Assembly (NCBI GenBank): GCA_047601445.1
Contig: JASGJH010000001.1
Coordinates: forward strand, 1,600,001-1,664,000
Direction of reading: 5' to 3'
DNA: 64,000 nt
Source: Myxococcales bacterium
GTDB taxonomy: Bacteria > Myxococcota_A > Polyangia > Polyangiales > DASUME01
The notes under the pieces were generated by a model. The model was not told the DNA's origin, did no database searches, and saw only the letters and a list, made by a program, of their open reading frames with translations. The stretch's first letter is position 1. Each line of letters opens with the position of its first letter. This document shows positions 61,565-64,000 of the stretch, one piece after another. Made by a program: the position numbers and the translations under genes.

Positions 61565-62314
61565 TCAACCATCGAGCGAGAGGATACCCGTGTCGCCTTT
61601 CACGCCAAAGGCCGTGATGCTTTCGTAGCGAGGTTCGGTCAGGATGCTGATCACGTGTTGGCCGAACTCCCGCGGAGACATCGGCTTGCCGAAGCCCGCC
61701 AAGAATTCCTCCACCGTGATGCCCTTCTTCGTGGCGTAGGCCGTCGCACAGGCTCGCCCATGATCGGTGGCACCCATCATCTGACGCGGCACAATGGCCT
61801 GGAAGCGCAGGTCGAGCCCGCGTTCCGCGGCAACGCCATTGGCGTAGTGCGCCATCATCCAGATCATCCGCTTGGCACCGCCGTGGCCACCCGAGAGCGG
61901 GGACCCCGACACGGCCGCGCCGCTGGATCCCAGCAGCACGCGGCTGCCCTTCTCGAGCGGCAATCGAATGGCCGCCTGGGTCCACTGCAGTGCTGCGCGG
62001 GTATCGGTGTTCCAGGTTGCGCTGAAGTCCTCCCATGAAATCTGGTCGATGGCCCGCATCGGCGGCGTCACGCCCGCGTTGAGGACCAAGACCGCAGGTC
62101 GAACCTCACGCAGGGCCCGGCCGGGGAGTTCGGGATCCGCGATGTCCCCCGCGATGGTGGTCACGCCCAGGCGTTGCGCGAGCTCCGCGAGCCGCCCTGG
62201 ATGGCGAGCGATCACAGTGACTTCGGCTTCGGCTTCCAGCAAACACTCGACCAGTCCCAGGCCCAGACCTCGGCTTCCGCCCGTCACGAGCACGCGCTTT
62301 CCTCGGAGCTGCAT
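61565..62314 (-). CDS. SDR-family oxidoreductase (catalytic Tyr replaced by His)
   Basis: TGGSRGLG, LNAG, HGGAK in place of YxxxK. Confidence 0.8.
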   Translation of the reverse strand: MQLRGKRVLVTGGSRGLGLGLVECLLEAEAEVTVIARHPGRLAELAQRLGVTTIAGDIADPELPGRALREVRPAVLVLNAGVTPPMRAIDQISWEDFSATWNTDTRAALQWTQAAIRLPLEKGSRVLLGSSGAAVSGSPLSGGHGGAKRMIWMMAHYANGVAAERGLDLRFQAIVPRQMMGATDHGRACATAYATKKGITVEEFLAGFGKPMSPREFGQHVISILTEPRYESITAFGVKGDTGILSLDG

Positions 62315-62424
62315 GGCTGCGATTTCCTTTGTAGCGATGGACCACGTTGGTTCATCGAGGAAAGGACGATCGAGCCCCCCAAAAGGATGCGGAGGTGGCG
62401 CAACGAGCCGACAGTGAGCGTAGC

Positions 62425-63588
62425 TCAGGGGCGGTGCACGGTGGCGGCGACCCAGTCTGCGTTGACCTCGAGCGCGAACGCCGCGCGCGAGTCCGGGTCG
62501 ACCCAGTTGGGCTCCAGGGTCTCCGTGTTACCCAGACAGTTGATCTTGTCGAACCAACAGTGGTCTGCCGCGGTGAGCTGGCAGTCTGCCTTCTGCACGA
62601 GCACCCAGCCGCTACCGTCCGCCCGCAAGCACTCGGTACGACCGTCGTTGGGGCACTGGGCCGCGCTGAAGCCCACCGTCTTGTTCAACGTGGCCACGTC
62701 CGCGTTCATGCCGTCGGCCGCACCGTTGACCACACGCAGGCGATTCTTGGGCAGGGCCGCAGCGTCGAAGCCCCCGTAGCCCGTGGTCCACACGGCGCGC
62801 ACCCGCGGGTCGAAGTTGGCCGCGATGTGGGCCGCGAGCGCGCCCTGGCTGTGCCCCCAGGTCGCGATGCCCTTGTCGCAGTCGACCTCGGGCAGCGCGC
62901 AGGCGATGGAGAGCAGGTCCGCGTCGCCGTTGTTGTACGCGCACTTGAGCTTGTTATCGAAGGCGAAGGTCAGGCTGTTGTCATACTGAGCGGAGAGCGC
63001 CACGAAGCCACGGCGCGCCATCGCCTCGGTCACCGCCAGCGCGGCCTTGCAGTCGTAACGTGAGCCCTCGTCGTCGGCCGTCACCGAGGTGCCCACGAAG
63101 TACAGGAAAAGCGGGTAGCGCGCGCTACTGTCGCCCTTCGGCATGTGCCCGATGGTCGCGTACTTCTGCGAGCATGTGGCGCCCCCGTTGACGCTGCCCA
63201 AGTAGGTGGGCGGATTGGCGAACGGCTTGGCCTCGAGCAAAGCGGCGCCCCCATCCGGTTGCCACGAGCCGCCGCCATCCACCGGGCCACCGCCGTCGTA
63301 TCCCGGAGCGTCGTCGCCATCCCCCCCGCGTCGCCTGCCAGGTCCCCGTCGCCGTCTCCAGCCCCCGTCGCGTCGCCATCCCCGTGGTGAGCGCCCGGCT
63401 TATCTCCGTCGCCCTGCCCTTCGCCATCGTCGTCGTCCCCGTCACCCGCAGACGTGGAATCGCCCCCTGCGTCCAGACCGCGACCTGCGCCAGGCGACTT
63501 CCCGCTGTCGCAGGCCGCCAAGAGCAAGAGTCCCAACCACGCAACCTGGCGGATTCTTGTTCTGACTGCGGCGCGTGGTGGTCATCAT
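62425..63588 (-). CDS. Lipoprotein alpha/beta-hydrolase with a Gly-Asp linker (frameshift in the G7 run near 63324, probably another near the start)
   Basis: LLLAAC lipobox and GDGD linker in one frame; WGHSQG hydrolase domain in the next. Confidence 0.65.
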
Positions 63589-63782
63589 GGGGCAGGCTCC
63601 GTCGGGAGCCTCGCTTTTGACCACGTCCCGAGCCAGCGAAGCAATGGCCTCAGGGACCCCGAGAGAGGCCCTGGCGCCCGCTCTTGCTCACAAATCCCGT
63701 GAAGCCTGGATTTTTCTCGCGTAGAAGCTCGCAAAACGCACGCGTGCCCCCGGCGTTGGCTCAAGCGCGACGAGCTTCGCGC

Positions 63783-64000
63783 TCAGCGCAGCTGCACCAT
63801 GTTGTAGGAGCTGCCCTGGATCTTGAAGCCCTTGATGGCCTGCCCACTCACGACCTCGTAAGCGGTGGTCTCCGAGTAGTCCGCGTTCGGCACCATGAGG
63901 AACGTGCGTTCACCGACTTTGACGTCCGTGTAGCCGCCAGCCTTGAAATCGAGTCCCTCGAGTGGACCCCCCGTCTTCGTGTTCAGGTCGATTTCCCACA
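63783..64000 (-). CDS. C-terminus of a probable MxcI-like lipoprotein (partial; not in the ORF track)
   Basis: Open frame WEIDLNTKTGGPLEG...VGERTFLMVPNADYSETTAYEV...FKIQGSSYNMVQLR*. Confidence 0.45.
   Translation of the reverse strand, partial: WEIDLNTKTGGPLEGLDFKAGGYTDVKVGERTFLMVPNADYSETTAYEVVSGQAIKGFKIQGSSYNMVQLR

Overview
High-GC (visually about 70%) window that looks myxobacterial (Polyangiales-like), judged from Gly-Asp-repeat lipoproteins, a VWA lipoprotein and an MxcI-like gene. Most of it is ordinary accessory genes: an OMF-yhiI-rbbA-yhhJ efflux operon, a split RdgC pair, rdgB, a U32 hydroxylase, a stand-alone LigD-type polymerase, an SF1 helicase, regulators and hydrolases. Two regions stand out. 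(1) At about 36.35-48.94 kb, two orphan periplasmic binding lipoproteins, a TonB-dependent receptor and a YfiR protein sit with a chemoreceptor whose periplasmic domain resembles the YfiN/CHASE8 sensor. A complete CheW/CheA-REC/CheB/CheR-TPR pathway follows, so a YfiR-type envelope module appears wired into a chemosensory system instead of a diguanylate cyclase. (2) At about 53.6-56.9 kb, two inverted copies of a roughly 270-bp long-hairpin element show compensatory base changes. Each copy is interrupted in its loop, about 10 bp apart in element coordinates, by a separate IS3-family insertion with its own target duplication. Shorter relatives of the hairpin occur at 23.6 kb and 52.7 kb. At least seven genes carry single-base frameshifts, mostly in short homopolymers, which are most likely long-read sequencing errors. 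All assignments come from motif recognition by eye; no database searches were run.
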